Source: Penicillus capitatus (taxonomy: Eukaryota; Plantae; Chlorophyta). Taken from it: DNA of 64,000 nt. This document shows positions 23,456-35,951 of this stretch, one piece after another. The position numbers and the translations under genes are program-made. Under the pieces are notes generated by a model. That model did not search any database. It was not told the origin of the DNA and worked only from the letters and a program-made list of their open reading frames with translations. Within the stretch, counting starts at the first letter, position 1, and each line of letters starts with the position of its first letter. The stretch covers positions 478,201-542,200 of the forward strand of contig OZ287704.1 of NCBI GenBank assembly GCA_965649825.1, written 5' to 3'.

Positions 23456-24944
23456 CCGATAGTTTTTTAATGTTATGCGCTCCGAGGTTAGCGTCGCATT
23501 TATAGCCGCACGGCTGAACGCTGAGCCCGTCGTTGACGCACGGCAACGGCCATTGTTGTTTGTCTCGCTCCATTCTGCTGAATAATAAACACAGTGTGGC
23601 GGCGTTCTCAGATGACACGGAAAAAAGGAAGTCGAAAGAAAGCTTAATACAGCGTGACTCTTTGACTTCCCCTTTTATGGAGCTGGAGTGGGAATCCATT
23701 TATCACATCTGTGTCTCTTGAGCTGTAATCCGACACGTAAAAATGGCGACACGTAGTCTAATGGTAACTGTGCGCAATGCGGTCTTCTAGATGTGTCTCA
23801 CTGCGCAACGAAGGCAAGAGATTACGACGTGGCAGTTAGACTTGACGCGCAGAGCTTGACGAACGACAGTAAAATTAGCGCTCTCCGTGTCTATAGCATT
23901 GAAGAGATCGGCCTTCACGTCGGAACCGCTTTTTCTGGATCACGGCAGCCGTCGACTGTTCTTTAAAACAGAGGTCCATCTGCATTCTGCGCCTTTGATC
24001 AGAGCTGAGAGAATAGGAGATGTATTTTTCAGCTATGTTGGTTCGCTGAATGCATGCGGAGTCTTGTGTTTCCTGCATGCTTTGGGTGAGAGGTATGGCA
24101 TTCACTGCGTTGGACAGACCACGATTGACTCTACAGATGGTGTCCGACAATTGCTCACCTCTTCCATCTTGCAGATGAAGCATTTGAAGATTGAACTGTT
24201 ACAAATCATTAGAAGAGGTTCTATGACATATCAGATGACATGCACATTCAACAATGAGTTACTGCTTTCTTCCACGAATGATTTCGAAGCGAAGCAAAGC
24301 CGAGCTTTTATGTGACGAATAATGCATGCAGAGATTCCGTGGTGTTGTTGCCTGTGACTCGTGAGGGGAGGCAGAACATCCGATCGACAAGACAGCTCGA
24401 ACTCTGCCGCTGCCGGGACCGCTGTTTTAATGATCCTTTGTGCGGGCTTCTCTGACTTCAACAGATGAACCATGCAATGCAGTGGGGTGAAATGGGGCTG
24501 GGAAGGTTTGCCTAGTCATCTGTAAAAAGTGGGTTTCAATCCAGAACCGCAGAACGAAGACTCGACTAACCAAACGACTGCGTCACCACATAATGCAGAA
24601 AAACGCAATATCCCTTAGCGACATAAAGACAAGCGTACATCAAGACTCGAAACAATCATTGCGCGGTACATGAGCATCCAAACAATCGTCATCAGGGCCA
24701 CAATGGATCGGCTTTGTTTTAGTGGACAGCAAGGTAAATCGAGAGGAAGAGAATAACCTGTGCGCACTTTGCCTCGTCGAGATCAGAGTACTGAAAGCCA
24801 AGATGAAATATGACACAACCGAAAACCTGCAGCTGAGCATATGTGCGGCTTACTTATCACATCAGTTTATGTATTGATCATCTCTGACATTTATGCAAGA
24901 ACTCTATAGAAGGCTGAAGGTGAGCTTATCACAAAAGGTTGTCT

Positions 24945-25240
24945 GAAGCTTTTCTACTGCGCTGTGAGGGAAGCCACACGCTTACAAGATCTCAAAAGTT
25001 CTTGTGGACCAGATGGCGCCACTCTCTGTCCGCTTTTGCTTGAAAAAACGAACATACTTCGTCATCTGGAGGAACTGGGCTTTTACTTGACCTGCTAAAC
25101 TTACTCTTCTTGTTGATCTCTACAATCTGCTCTTTAGAATTCGAGAGAGGCCTCCTGTATACTTTATCGACTCCCTGTGCTTGCTCGTTCGCTTTTTTGA
25201 AGATGGCAGGTGTGAACTTCAATTCAAGTACCGGATTCAG
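24945..25240 (-). pseudogene. SPF27/BCAS2 3'-half fragment retaining an intron
   Basis: ELKFTPAIFKKANEQAQGVDKVYRRPLSNSKEQIVEINKK...AKADREWRHLVHKNF aligns with ELKFAPAVWKKANEQSQRVDDEYRNALSSSKEQIAEINKK...AKLDREWHHLIRKNF of the gene at 49346-50226. The intron remnant is kept, and there is a 1-nt insertion in the T run. Confidence 0.88.
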
Positions 25241-26466
25241 TGTTATGCTTCAGCCGGGACACTGTCCTCGCAACGAACTGTAAACATACATCTCGAGAAT
25301 GCAGACTTCAGAATGAAGTTGTCGACTGCCGCCCGATCTACAATTCATGTTTCCAGATAGAGATTTCTACAATCCTTAGTTTGTCGTTTTCTAGGTATCT
25401 TTTTCGATGCGTTAAAACCGCTGCCAAAGTTACCCGTTCAATTGCTGGCACTCGATTACTGCTTATCATCAACATAGAAGAGGAGAAAGGATGCGCCATG
25501 TTGGCATCTCCGAGACTTCGTGACTTCTGTGTTTCAGCAACTGCTGAGACCATCGAAGATGCAGCCATCTATTCTTCGTTTCCACCGGTAGCGTTTGGTG
25601 TTGCGTTGAAAACGACATTGATGAGAGTCTTCTGCAAAGAAGCTGCTAAGCGAAGCGTTCGTCGTTTCGATCGCTGTGCGGACCAATTGATCTTCGGCGT
25701 TTGCGTGCGACTGCGAACTTTTCTATGCGGCAGCCAACGCAGAAAAGATTGCCTTACCGAGATGAGCCCATTGACGAATAAGGGTCCGTTTAAAAAACTG
25801 CATTTCATGGCATGTCAGCTCTGTGTAAAGACAGGATTGTTCGAAGTAGGACATCCGTGGCTTACGTATCCACGCGAGAGACAACAGAATAGCCGCGTTA
25901 CGATGCCGAAAACGATCGAGATGCTCTTAACACCGTGGCTTTCGTGCGTGTCTATTGAATCTGTCTCTGTCTGTGTTCCTTCGTGACGTGACGATGCGCA
26001 GTGAGTGAGTGGCCTTCCTTTAGCCAGCACTCTGTACAATGCGCGTTAGGAGAGCGAGTTCGTCCTATGGCAGATCGAAGTCTGAGACTGAGTCGACAGA
26101 CGCTTGGTTAGCCACTGTCTTTCCGATTTGCGGTGTGGAATGGGCTCGGGCGTTTTCCAAAGGCCAGTCAGAATGCAGCATTGCAATGGGAAACTGCCAC
26201 ACGGGAGAACCGTTGTTCTCCGTTATCGACTGCACGTGGAGCGATGATTTCCAGCATCTATGGCAACACCTGGAATGCCTAGTTTAATAAAGATTGTGTT
26301 CGTGCAACAGCCTCTCGACTCTAAGGAGGGCTGTTGATAAAGTGTACAGCTGAATTCGTCTAATCGTTAATGAAAGCGGAAAAAAACAGTTCGAATGACT
26401 GACGATCCGTCACAGCAAGGGATTCAGAAGCGTCGTTTTGCAGCGATGGCTCAATCTGCGACGCCG

Positions 26467-27576
26467 TCAAACTTGTGCAGAAGGATGTACTCGGCGATCC
26501 TTAGGAAGCTCTAGGTAGTAAAGCATAAATGAGATCAAGATGAAAACGCATACCCAAACTGGGACGACGATGGCACATGCCGCGGTCCCGCCCCAAATAG
26601 CGACTCCTGCCAACCACGGCAGACAAAACAGCGGAGCAAGGAGCAAAAACCCGAAAAACAGGCTAAAGTGCTGTCGGCAAATATTTGCCAAGTTAGCAAC
26701 AAATAAGGGAATTAACGTTTGTAAACTCATCACAAGAACGAAGCATATCACAATTTTTGTGCACCACCAAGCATTGTCAAAAAGAGAAACGGATGGCTGC
26801 CAGAAAAGAACACCGATCATTAGTAAGAAATAGAGTCCGAAGCCTCCTCCAACACCAACACCAATCTCAATGCTGCACCATCCACCGTAATGAGCAGCGC
26901 AGCGAATCATGGACCTCTCTTGGCATTCCCAGTGCTTGCAGAAAAGCTCTCCTCTTGTAAAACACTCGCAAACTGATGACGCGATCGCGAAGCTGGATGA
27001 GATGTTGCCCTTCCAGCGATAGCAATACTCTCCAGTGACGTCCTCCTCCAGACATTGATAGTCCTCTTTCTTAAGTTTAATTCTGGAGCTGTCCTCTCTG
27101 CACGACCACGCTGAACAGTATCGGCGATTCGGAGCTCGCGAGTGGCATGCACACGTCAAGGTGTTGTTGCCGACACTCGCACACCTACTATCTATTCGGC
27201 CGGCTGTGCAGTCGGTATGTTCGTCGACATCCGTCGTCGTGCACTCCCAGTGATCGCAACAGGCTCGGTCCGTTGCGGCAGTACAAGTGCAGTTGTCGTA
27301 TTCCCCCCTCTTTCCATTCCCATCCTGCATCGACCAGTGGCGACAGTGACTGCTCGCGTCTTCGAGACAGTCGTAAATTTTCGCTTTCGTGTTGCTGGCG
27401 GCGCGCCACAGACCGCCTCTGTAAACACCGGACTCTGTGTAATACCCGGCCACACGCTTCATGCGATTCCAGGACTGCAGACCTTCGTTCAAATCGTGAG
27501 CTGTCTCATTGGACTCTCTCAGTGCCGCAACAACGAAACAAGTCGCAATACAGAAGTAGTATACAGATGCAATCAT
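26467..27576 (-). CDS. Intronless Cys-rich membrane protein of unknown family (369 aa), copy C, intact
   Basis: Single ORF with a signal peptide, NRMKR dibasic site, about four C-x(n)-[YC]C-x2-W-x-C modules and 3-4 hydrophobic C-terminal segments. Two paralogs lie in the window. Confidence 0.85.
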   Translation of the reverse strand: MIASVYYFCIATCFVVAALRESNETAHDLNEGLQSWNRMKRVAGYYTESGVYRGGLWRAASNTKAKIYDCLEDASSHCRHWSMQDGNGKRGEYDNCTCTAATDRACCDHWECTTTDVDEHTDCTAGRIDSRCASVGNNTLTCACHSRAPNRRYCSAWSCREDSSRIKLKKEDYQCLEEDVTGEYCYRWKGNISSSFAIASSVCECFTRGELFCKHWECQERSMIRCAAHYGGWCSIEIGVGVGGGFGLYFLLMIGVLFWQPSVSLFDNAWWCTKIVICFVLVMSLQTLIPLFVANLANICRQHFSLFFGFLLLAPLFCLPWLAGVAIWGGTAACAIVVPVWVCVFILISFMLYYLELPKDRRVHPSAQV

Positions 27577-28627
27577 GGCTCAAAACGTGACGCTAAACAC
27601 GGACGGCGCTCGTGCACTGCTACCATGCAGCTCTCGTACAGCACAGATGATGTTATTTATACTTCTCAATCAGCGACGAATCGCGAAGATGACATGAACG
27701 TCGAATCTCAGATCGCGGTGATCGGAAAGCAGTTGCTGGCGACTTACCCGCGACAGTGCACGCGTCCGCGTCGATCGCAGATGGCCATCGAGATATTCGC
27801 ACTTCCTATCGCAGCTGCGGATTCCTTCCATCGACGTTCTCCAGAGGCCGCTGTGACGGTTCTTCGTTACGGACAGCGAAAAGCAATCACATCCTCGGAA
27901 TGTAATGGATGGTCTCGTTGGCGAGATCTGTCCATCGCCTGTATTACACTTTCGCCTCTTTCTGAAGAGTGCAAGAGACTAGGCAAGGTAAGATCTTACA
28001 CCGAAGAAGATTCGTTCGTATAAAGATCAATCGCTTTTATTATCTGGCGCTTCCCGCGATCAAAGAAACGATTTCGGCATTCGGATGCAAAGTACCCGCT
28101 CGACTGAATCTCGAGTGGGCTGACTCTCGTGTATTCGCCGGTCCGAGTTCGCCGTCCCCGCACGCTCGACAGCACTACGAGGATTCGACGAAGCTGCATC
28201 GGCAGTCGTGCCAACTGCGAGCTGCTACACATCCGTCCCGCTCTTCTGCTTCTGCTGAAACGCGACGGCCACTTCTTGGCCGTCTGCACACGGCATCAAA
28301 CGCGCAGCCGTAGCAGCAGCAACGCACACCGCCGTCGAACACGCCTTCGCTGCGAGTGACGAGACGAACACGAGAGAGCGAAGAAAGAAATGGTCTGTCG
28401 AAGCTCTCGGAAAGGCGATCGCATCGCCTCGGCGCCGCGAGAGGCAAACGATCCGAACGCCGCCTCGAACGCTGCCGACATTGCAGGCGCCGTCCCGTCC
28501 TACCTCGTTCTCACGGACGAGCCACACTAACGCTCGCGAATGCGTTGCGCGAGACGACGGAGGAACAGGTCGAAACGGCCGAAACCGATCAGCGATGTCG
28601 CCCACAGTCGGCGTTCGAGTACACTAA

Positions 28628-30232
28628 CTACTGTGTTTTGTCCAGTCCGACGCCGATGGTTGCCAGTCTCTCCGGCACGGGAGGATGCGAATAGTGGTAA
28701 GTCGAGTACCACGGATCCACGTTCAGCGATCCCTTGTTCGAGTTCTCCAGGGTGATCAGAGCCCGCCGCAGGGCAGGTCCCATGCCCAGGTTCACGGCGA
28801 AGTTGTCTGCCTGGAACTCGAACCTTCGGCTCAGCATGTTCTGGAAGAACTCCACGATCTGAGCACACACCGTCGCCTGGCTGGGAGCCGAGGTCCACTT
28901 CCGACGTCTCGCACCTCGTTCAAGGGAGCGCTGATGAACGAGAACAGCACGAAGGAGACGAAGGCGGGACGGTCTTCGGCAAACCCAAAGGACACGTAGA
29001 GATCGTCCGACGTGCGCACCAGACTGAAAAGGAGGAACTGAGTGAGGAGGAAGACCTGAACTATGACGAAGTTGCAGAGGTTGTGCGACAGCTTCCAGTG
29101 ACCTGGGAACAGAGGAGCTCTGCGCCTGCCGCAGTCCGCAGCGCGAGACGCACCGAGCTCGTGGGCCAGTACGGCCGTGATCTCGTCCTCGGTGCACTGT
29201 TCGATCAGGGTGTCGTACAGGACAATGCGCTTGTTGCCGAAGAGCCCGTACATGTACGCATTGGAGTGGCCGCTTCGCTTGGAACCGTCGACCTTGTACA
29301 GCTTCTTCAGCGGAAATCCCAGACGTGATGCCAGGGCCTCAATCCGATCTCTGAGCGATCCCTGTTGCGCGCACCCGGTCGCTCTGCGCAGCCAGAGGGG
29401 AGGGAGCCTTGACCTGATCGAGCGGCTCGAATCTGTTGAAGAGCGGGGCGATGGCGGTGGGATAGATCGTCATCATGAACAGACTCAGCACCAGGCAGAA
29501 CAGCCACAGGTAGACGGGCAGCCAGTGGTCCGAGTGCAGCAGAATCCAAGTGAAGCTTCCGACGATCGGCGGCAGAAAGATCGCGCCCAACATCCACTGC
29601 ACAGCAGGAGAGGGTCTCGCGCGATCGATCGACGGAGCGGGCATCCACCGTGGTCAGTATGTCGGAGACGAAGCCCTCCCCCGTTTGCTTGTTGAAGCCG
29701 TGGCTCTCCTCGAGAACGAAGGTCCGGTAGATGCTCCACGGTATGTCCAGGACGGAGGAGATCCACAGCAGCACGCCGATGTAGACAACCGTGCACGGGA
29801 TCTCTCCGGAAAAGGCCCTCGGCAGGTACAGCATCCGAGAGCGGACGAGCCTCCACGCGAGGGGAAGCCATTCGCAGTAGAGCACCAGACACGTCTGGAA
29901 CACGGAGCAGAATCCGTAAACGATGTTGAACCACCTGCGAGACGTTCCTCCAAGCAACAGACGTCGGATGCCGTGACTTGCCATTTGTCGATGGAATAGG
30001 AACGGGACTTCTGGAAGGTCTCTTGCGAGAAGACGGATGCGATCGACTCTGGCAGGTAGGTGCGCCGAATCGCCTAGAGATCTTCACTCGAGACAGAGTC
30101 CGAGACCGCGGGAGTGTTCTTTACGCGGTACTGACGCAGGTCGAGGTAGGTGTGGAGAACGTAGACAGCGACGGTGAACTCCAAGACGAGAGACGCATAG
30201 GGAACAATCGTTCCCGACTCAGACGCCGTCAT
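28628..30232 (-). CDS. STE24: CAAX prenyl protease 1 (peptidase M48, STE24/FACE1), multi-exon
   Basis: ATG 30232 begins MTASESGTIVPYASLVLEF..YLDLRQY. Motifs: YRTFVLEESHGFNKQT, IAPLFNRFEPL, YKVDGSKRSSHSNAYMYG, LAHELG/HWK (HEXXH split by a 51-nt intron at 29103-29153), FEFQADNFA, YHYSHPPVPERL. Confidence 0.96.
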
Positions 30233-30549
30233 GTGGCTGCACTGTCACGACACTCGGGAGAGCGGAACGAAAGGAAACGCTCGATGGTGACACAGACGTC
30301 TTGTCATGCAATTCCTCCGCCATAGAAGACAATACGACGACGTTCAGAAACGCAGCTGCACGAGAGTCTGCTGCAGAGCATCGAACTCTTCTGTTTCCTG
30401 AGCAGTGTAGCATTCGATGCAAGGCATATTCTGGAGTCCTTTGCTCTTCCATTGCCAGATGATCTGTCACGACTGACAACGTTCTTTCATGACAACATTT
30501 GTGCACTTGCCTTTGCAAAATTCCGAAACGTCAGCCGAACACGTCGCTC

Positions 30550-31120
30550 TCACACCGCAAAGGAAGAACACATTTAAGGCTTCAGCGTGACCACTAGCTG
30601 CGGCTTGATGAATCGCTGTCCATCCGTCGGTCTGCTGAGCATCGACATCGGCACCGGCTTCCAGAAGAGTCTGTAGAAGGATCTGTGTTGCGACAGACCG
30701 AGCAACTCTGTATCTAAACGTCACTTCAATGATGTCGATGTATCCAAAAACGCGGCTGCTCAAGTAGGGTTCTTTAATTGCCGGTGGCAACTTCTGTTAG
30801 CGCACCCATCTCGATGAGGGCCTTCAGTCAGCAACAGTTTTCGAAGTCGGATCAGAAGTTGGCGGGAAGTTGACGCAGTGCAGCCTAGAATTGTTCAGGA
30901 GGCGTATGTAAGAAAAACGCAAGATCTCCCAACCGTCCGACATGACAGGATGCAGCACTGTAGATGTCACGTCGCGGACCTTGGTATTCTCAAGAGCGTT
31001 GTTAGCAGCGGCCTAATGCAACAGAGTGCAGCATATGTCTATCTGGTAGCCCTTTACGGTGACACTCTCATCAAGTTCACTGTCGACATCCAGGCCCTCC
31101 AAGACAAGCGCCATGGCATC
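30550..31120 (-). pseudogene. Ankyrin-repeat gene remnant
   Basis: LLEAGADVDAQQTDGWTAIHQAAASGHAEAL, plus a second repeat TLLH*AAANNALE containing a stop. Confidence 0.7.
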
Positions 31121-31517
31121 CGTCGCATCATCTTCTTTGAATGGCAGACTTCATCTTCCATTCCGACAGACACACCGAACGAGTACACAGAGTTCTGCTT
31201 CGGCCAACTTACGGTAAGCATCTCAGAGGGCGACAGCAACTCGTATACTTTGCGCTTTCTAGCCATCTCCCTCGCTTCTCCTTTCCTTCGAAGCTATACT
31301 CATGTCCATCATGGTGTTGGCAAGAAGTGTTTGCCAAAGTCTCGTTCACCTTCGATCGACGTTCGATTGTTTCTTCGATCTAATCGAGAGTGTAATCGAC
31401 GCTTGTGTAGACAGCGGGTTCAAACCTACTGCGCTGGTCGGCTTCGTCATCTGCGTTTCCGTAAGACGTGATCCTGACGACCATGTCCAGGCTCGGATTT
31501 CCCTTTTTGATGCCTCT

Positions 31518-32448
31518 TCAGAGAATCTGTCTACAGCAAAGGCCCGCCTGCATCTCCTGCCGCGGCAAGTCGCGTGTGAATGATGGGTAAACGACGCAGA
31601 AACGATGAAATGCATTGCCTTTATATGTGTCTTGGTCCAGACCGTCGGGGCAGATCCAGCCGTCTGCGTCCGTCATACTGGGTGGCAGATCACAGTGTTT
31701 TTGTTCGACGATCGCCAATCGATCAGTAATGCAGCAGTGTTCTTGCGACAGCAGTAGATTCGGTCATACCCCAACCGGCGACCGCCGTATAATCTCCAGC
31801 GATGACGGTAACGTCGCCCGTTCCAACTTGGTCGTGTCGGACTCTTCGCTTTTTCGTTTAACCCTATCTGGCACTCGATGTCGCATCTGTCTGCCACATC
31901 GCCTATTCAATTGCGGTCGGTGGACGTATCCTTCGACCGCATCAAACACCTAAAAGGACCCGGACGGTGCAGCATCGCAAATCGGAGCTCATCTGTCACT
32001 CGTCTTATCGGAATCGATGTCGTCGACTTTGTGAATGCCTCAGTAGACAAGGGGTCAGTCAGCCCGGTCGACCCTCCAATTCTATTGTCCACGCAAAGAG
32101 TTGCCGTCAGAATCCAGTCCTGTCGGATGAGCGTCGCGCTACACACGTGCGTTCGACGGCTGCGCCTTCGTAAGCTGTGAATGTAGAAATACCGCCCGAA
32201 CGGTGCCTTATTTCTCCCTGTCCATCATCTGTAGAACCAACGAACAGACGAACATGCAAGAAAGCAACGCGACATGCCGTTTATCATGATGTTCTGGTCG
32301 GTGTTGAGATCGTGAACGTCGCGCTCATCGTTTTCTGCCAAGCACAGGGGTTTCTTGAATGCCGAAGAGCGGTTTCGCATTTTTTCCCTACCGTGGCTAC
32401 CGCAGGCAACGGCAGAGCGAACAGCAACATGCACAGCGGCAAGTACAT
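31518..32448 (-). pseudogene. Trypsin-like (S1) serine-protease homolog, catalytically dead and disrupted
   Basis: Signal-like MYLPLCMLLFALPLPAVA. CSATLIRQDWILTATLCV corresponds to CGGTLI..WVLTAAHC with His->Leu. DTYKGNA lies in place of DSCQGDS. Frame breaks are present. Confidence 0.65.
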
Positions 32449-35400
32449 GCGAGCTGATATCGTGTTCGTTGACCAACACGAGTGCGACGCTGAAGCTGAA
32501 GGGACGAACGTGTTCAACGCGGAATGCGACTATACTGTCTCTGGAATCATTTTATAGCGAGACGGCCACATGATGACTTGGCGATTCTGCACCGCAGCGA
32601 ACCTACGAATTCCGGGCTAGATGCAGAACACACAAAACGGAAGCACATTTAGAAGCAGACAAAACGAACTTGTTGGAATCGACCGGCAACGCGTAAGATG
32701 CGCATCTGGTTGCAATACAGAATCCCGTCCGTACTCGATGTTTATTTATCTCTATCGACAGGCTGCAGATCGCTGGAACGCAGTTGCGCATTCAGACATT
32801 TTCTCTTAACTCGTTTGCTCCTCTCGCGATTCATGTCAGTTTCTCTTGCTTGTGCGTGTCCATTTCTCGACGTGATGTGTGTGGTCAAGCGAAGACTCGA
32901 GAAAGGCAGAAGTTTTCACATCATCTGTCGAGGGAGGAGAAGACAGTCGCTCATGACGCCTGAGGTGATCGCTACAAAGCGACCGACAGTGAAGACGTCG
33001 ATGGATTCGCCGTCAGAGAACGGCGCACAGACTTATGAAAGTCATCGTCCACAAGATCCAGAGAGAAACCCGTTGTCGAAGTTCGCTCCTCGGATCGACT
33101 GCGTATCGGCTATACTCGATGTGACTTCTGTGGCGACAAATGAGACCTCAGTTTGAAACAGGGTGTCCTGCACCGATCGAATCTTTTTCACAAATGGCAG
33201 ACAGTGTGCAGACTTCATTTCAACATCTTACTCCTCTGTAACGCCATCATCTCGCAGTACTGAGCTTTCACCGAGAATTCGATTCTCTCCATAAGAGCAC
33301 CAAACAAAGGAATTGAACGAATCTACCATCCATGAACACGGCCGACAGAGATCAAACCGTAGGACGAGCGTTCGTTCATCTACGAACGCGTCTCGATAAC
33401 CCGCCGACCGCTCACGAAAGCAATGGACTTCGCTTCTTGAAAACAGGTAAAGGATAAAGATTGCATGCTGTCATGTGTGAAGACGGGACTAAGACACAGA
33501 AGAGAGTGTTCGTCTGATTTATCCTTTCTTTACGATTCCTGCGTCCTGTCTCGCTTGCTGGATGTGACGTTTCCGTGTTGGTCGCTCGCGGCACTTGAGT
33601 CTTTAAGCCGATTTATTATTATGCCCTTGTTCCTCTTTCGCAGGGTTTGGAAGCTCCTCTAGCGAAGCTCGGCAACGACATGATGTCACACTCGCAAAGA
33701 CTCCTCAAGCTTCTTATTGTCTGGTCATCGGCGTCCGTTGCGCTTTTCACGACCAAGCGCGTTCTCTTCAGCGCTGTCTGCAAAGCGGTTGACCATGTAT
33801 GTCAACACTCTCAAAAGTTCAGGTCGAGAGACAGACAGCATTTCGGCGTCCTAACTCCAACAACAGCTTCCTGTCTCTTGTCGACTGCAACTCCATGAGC
33901 GAGCGACGTGAAATGACAGACATGACATCAATAGTGCCTTAATCCAAAGCTTCGGATTTGATTACTAACGACTTCGCATTCACAACCAGGACTGGAGCTT
34001 CTTTTGCGGTGCGACTTAAAATATCGGACGTCGCGTCTCTCCTCTCTCAAGGGTAATCGGCAGAATTAGGATGCTGGTAGATAGACGCCATCCAGAACGC
34101 TACACATTACGCTCTTCTCTTCCGACTTCCTTCCATCATGGCAATCATCTGGTAAGCTATGAATTGTTCCAGAAATCGTTCATGTCCAAGAGAAGAGCAT
34201 TCCGCTATCAGTTCTGAATGCGAGGGATAAGAGACACATTCGTCGAATGCGTCCATCGCGAATCGTCGAACCACTTCAACTCCTGCCCCTCTGCAGAACG
34301 CATAGAGCAAGGAACACACGACACGACAAATTGACCGCTTAGTTATCGTCGGTTTTGTCTCAAACCTCAATTCTCCTTCACGTCCGCTTCTCTCTAGACA
34401 AGAAGGCGACGAACCTCCTTCTCGGCCCTTTCTTTATGTTTCCGAAACTGCACCTGTTGACTATCTTTTCCGGTGGAATCTTCGCCGACTTCTGTCTTTC
34501 GTTGAGTTCCAGGCAGAGCTGCGAGAGACACACCTACCCATCCACCCCGCAAACGCCTTACGCGTTCGCCACATATTCAACAATCGTTCCAAATGTGGAG
34601 CGTCGTCACAGGGACAAATCTCAGCAGATAGACGCGATCGTATCCATAAGCTTGAGTGTCTTGCAGAGAGAGCTCTTTCTTTCTCAGCAAGTGAACGCTA
34701 TCTCCGAGCGATATCAGCAGCGATCTCCTTTAAGAGATGCCATTCTTGAGCGACCTTATATTCGGTAAAGTCCACCCCGGAAAACGACACAAGAGACAAA
34801 AAAACAGGCATTTCCGTTCACCTACCCCTCTCTATCTTTAGTCATTCAATCTGAGCCATAACTTACTTGCTCGCGACCTTTTATCCGATTCCTGTACATT
34901 CGAACCGCTCGGTCGGCCTCGTTTTATGTTTCTCGTTGTGGCTTTCTAATTGTTTGCTCCAGCATTTGATTTCTTAGAACAACGAACGCACATGGCACAC
35001 ATAAAGGAATCAGCATAGCCCACCGCGTACAAATCCGAATGCTCTCAGTTCGTAATCAATCTCTGCTGACAGAAATACAAAGCCTTTGGTAAAAAAAGTC
35101 ACTTGCGATGCGACGTAGGCAATCAGTCAGCTGTCAGGTCAACTGTTTGCATTCTTATACTTTCGCTTTGCGTTCAGTCAAATATAGACGAAGTCGATGG
35201 AGAAGAAGGGAAAGATGTTGCAGACGAGGGCAAGTAAAAGCGTTTATATGCACACGGCGAAAGAGAAACGTTGTGGAACACGATCTGGACAGTCGATGTG
35301 CAACGCACCGAGGCAAGGATGCGAGGAGCTGACACAGGCTGTCACTTCAAACTACTTTTCAAAGACCGTTTTAATGTATAGTGGCGATACAGGCAAACGA

Positions 35401-35951
35401 AAACATCTATTTATTAGAAACGTCAAACACATCCGGAATAACAGCCTTGTGTATACCTGTACTTAACCAAAAAACTGCCACACCCTAGGATCTCTCGACA
35501 GTCCGGCCAATCAGTACAGAAAGACGACGCAGTGAAAAATGACAATTCGCGGAAAACGCATTCTTGAAGAAGGTCGTTGTGGCTATCACGTAGACGCAGA
35601 AGAGCACAATGGCGGTACTCTGCACGCCTGACCCGATCCACACACCTGCCAATGATCTGTATCAAATGAACAACCACAAGAAGGAGAGATTGCCTTGAGA
35701 CAGATGATTCATACGTCGAAGTACAGAAGACAGTCGACACGGCAACACAGAGCCATCTGTTTCGTACACTTAAGACGCGATCTGCCACATTCTTTGTCAC
35801 TCTTATCGCCATGTAGAACGAAGTGCGATGCGCTGCCGGGATGACACGGTCGGCACTCGAGAACGTCGTGCGTCCGTCGAATCGTTCAGTACGGTAGCCG
35901 CGACCGAGGACAGGTGAGAAAAATAGAACGTATGAATGAAATTAAAGCTAA

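Noticed and set aside
23745-23820. tRNA-like start (GCGACACGTAGTCTAATGGTAA)
   Set aside because: No T-arm GTTCRA motif, anticodon stem or acceptor-stem pairing could be built.
24945-25240. Retrocopy origin of the SPF27, STE24 and GST fragments
   Set aside because: Introns are retained and no poly(A) tail or TSD is visible.
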